Shown piece after piece: positions 62,806 through 64,000 of a stretch of DNA of 64,000 nt (the first letter of the stretch is position 1; each line of letters begins with the position of its first letter). The position numbers and the translations under genes are program-made. Under the pieces are notes generated by a model. That model was not told the origin of the DNA and searched no databases. It saw only the letters and a list, made by a program, of their open reading frames with translations. The stretch lies in the NCBI GenBank assembly GCA_008632985.1, contig QPGO01000054.1, positions 186,001 through 250,000 of the forward strand, read 5' to 3'. This DNA comes from Psammoneis japonica (taxonomy: Eukaryota).

Positions 62806-63396
62806 ATGTATGCGTCTATTTCATCCGTTTCTTCTGCAATGAGGTTTAATTCTATAAGCGTTGCTAAATACATACAGTACACTGCATCTCGAAGCAACAG
62901 ATACCGATGGCTGTGAGCTATCCCAATCCGTAAAGTTGGTTGCCTGAGGAGAATCCTCACATCTAAGACTTTTTTTTTGAGGGTATTGAACTCAACATGT
63001 TGGTAGGATACACTTGGACACAGCCCAACAACGTGTCGGTGGGAAATCAAGGAGTGAAATTCCAAGCGCTCAAACTTATCAAAACCGAAATCGCTTCTAC
63101 CCTCTCTTACCCGGAGTCCGAACGCAGTTCACATAGGAATGATGCTACTATGTCCATTTCTCAATTCAGTTCTTTCGCATCTTGATTTGTTCTTCTCCCT
63201 TCTATCACGCATCATCTAGACTATGCCTCTGCTGCCTTCCTTTGCAAGAGCGGCGTTGGCTTCACCGCTCATACTCTGCAACTTCGTCTTTGTTCGTGCC
63301 TCCTTTCCCTCTCCCTCTAAAGCATCATCTGAGCCTCAGCTGACGTAACCCTACGGCGTCGGCTTCACCACTCATCCTTTCCACGTTCCTCCTTGT

Positions 63397-64000
63397 TCAT
63401 GGTTCTTTATCTTCCTCTAAAGCATCATCTGGGCCTTCGTTTGCTTCGACTGTAGTCGTGGTGTTGGCTTCTCTCTCCTCCTCTCCACCTTCATCCGTGT
63501 TTGCGCCTTCTGTGTCGTCAGTGGACGAATAGTTGCCATCCTCGTCCGGCCAAATGCTGTCTGCAAGTGAATTATAAAATTCATCAGACGAGAGGCTATC
63601 GCCGTTGCTCATTTCTCCCCGAGGAAGCGAGCCACTCTGTTCCTCGCCGTCACCATTCATTACTTCCGACTCGGACTGTGGCGGTTTCGACCGTGACCGC
63701 CTGAGAGACGACAGGATGCCCCTGGAGCCTGAATTGGAAGCAAAGTTGTACATCCAACCTGATGACTCACTGTCACTTGGTTCTCCATCCCCATCCCTTG
63801 AACCGCAAGCCTGACAAGTCACAAATCGTTTGACTGCAAAATACAAATCTGGCTTGAGCAAGGAGAGTGCAGCCGATGTGGCTCCTTGCAAATGTGAGAG
63901 TGTCCCACCGACAAAGTGAACCCAACTGGGCATCCATGTCGCCAACATAAACAGTACAATCATGTACGGCACCCACATGAGAATAAACACAGCTACAATG
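63397..64000 (-). CDS. Partial 7TM GPCR-like receptor (last TM helices and acidic tail), 5' end outside the window
   Basis: FILMWVPY (TM6-like) and HLQGATSAALSLLKPDL (TM7-like), followed by a Ser/acidic tail. Confidence 0.6.
   Translation of the reverse strand, partial: IVAVFILMWVPYMIVLFMLATWMPSWVHFVGGTLSHLQGATSAALSLLKPDLYFAVKRFVTCQACGSRDGDGEPSDSESSGWMYNFASNSGSRGILSSLRRSRSKPPQSESEVMNGDGEEQSGSLPRGEMSNGDSLSSDEFYNSLADSIWPDEDGNYSSTDDTEGANTDEGGEEEREANTTTTVEANEGPDDALEEDKEP

Overview
Eukaryotic genomic DNA, most likely a pennate diatom. The evidence is short GT-AG introns, CoDi-type Copia relics, and a signal peptide followed by a Phe-starting plastid transit motif. Gene-dense normal-composition segments (about 7.9-25.6 kb, 37.6-46.2 kb and 55.8-64 kb) hold about 17 genes: class-3 lipase, 2OG-Fe(II) oxygenase, GDP-L-fucose synthase, 3R-Myb, POT1, an MMPL/RND transporter, a frameshifted ankyrin-like gene, an SDR, EMC6, FCF1, a DsbA/FrnE protein, Cwf18, TCF25, three secreted modular proteins and a partial GPCR-like gene. 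They alternate with three large blocks (about 1-7.6 kb, 25.9-37.4 kb and 46.4-55.8 kb) of dead transposons (Copia, LINE, DIRS-type tyrosine recombinase) and duplicated DNA. In these blocks both CpG and TpA are almost absent, replaced by TpG/CpA. A 3-kb tandem duplication that copies the 3' half of the intact lipase gene into the first block shows the direction directly: CG->TG/CA and TA->TG/CA. This dual, position-dependent, RIP-like hypermutation of silenced repeats is the main finding. Its TpA A->G component is not explained by 5mC deamination or by fungal RIP. All alignments and family calls were made by eye.
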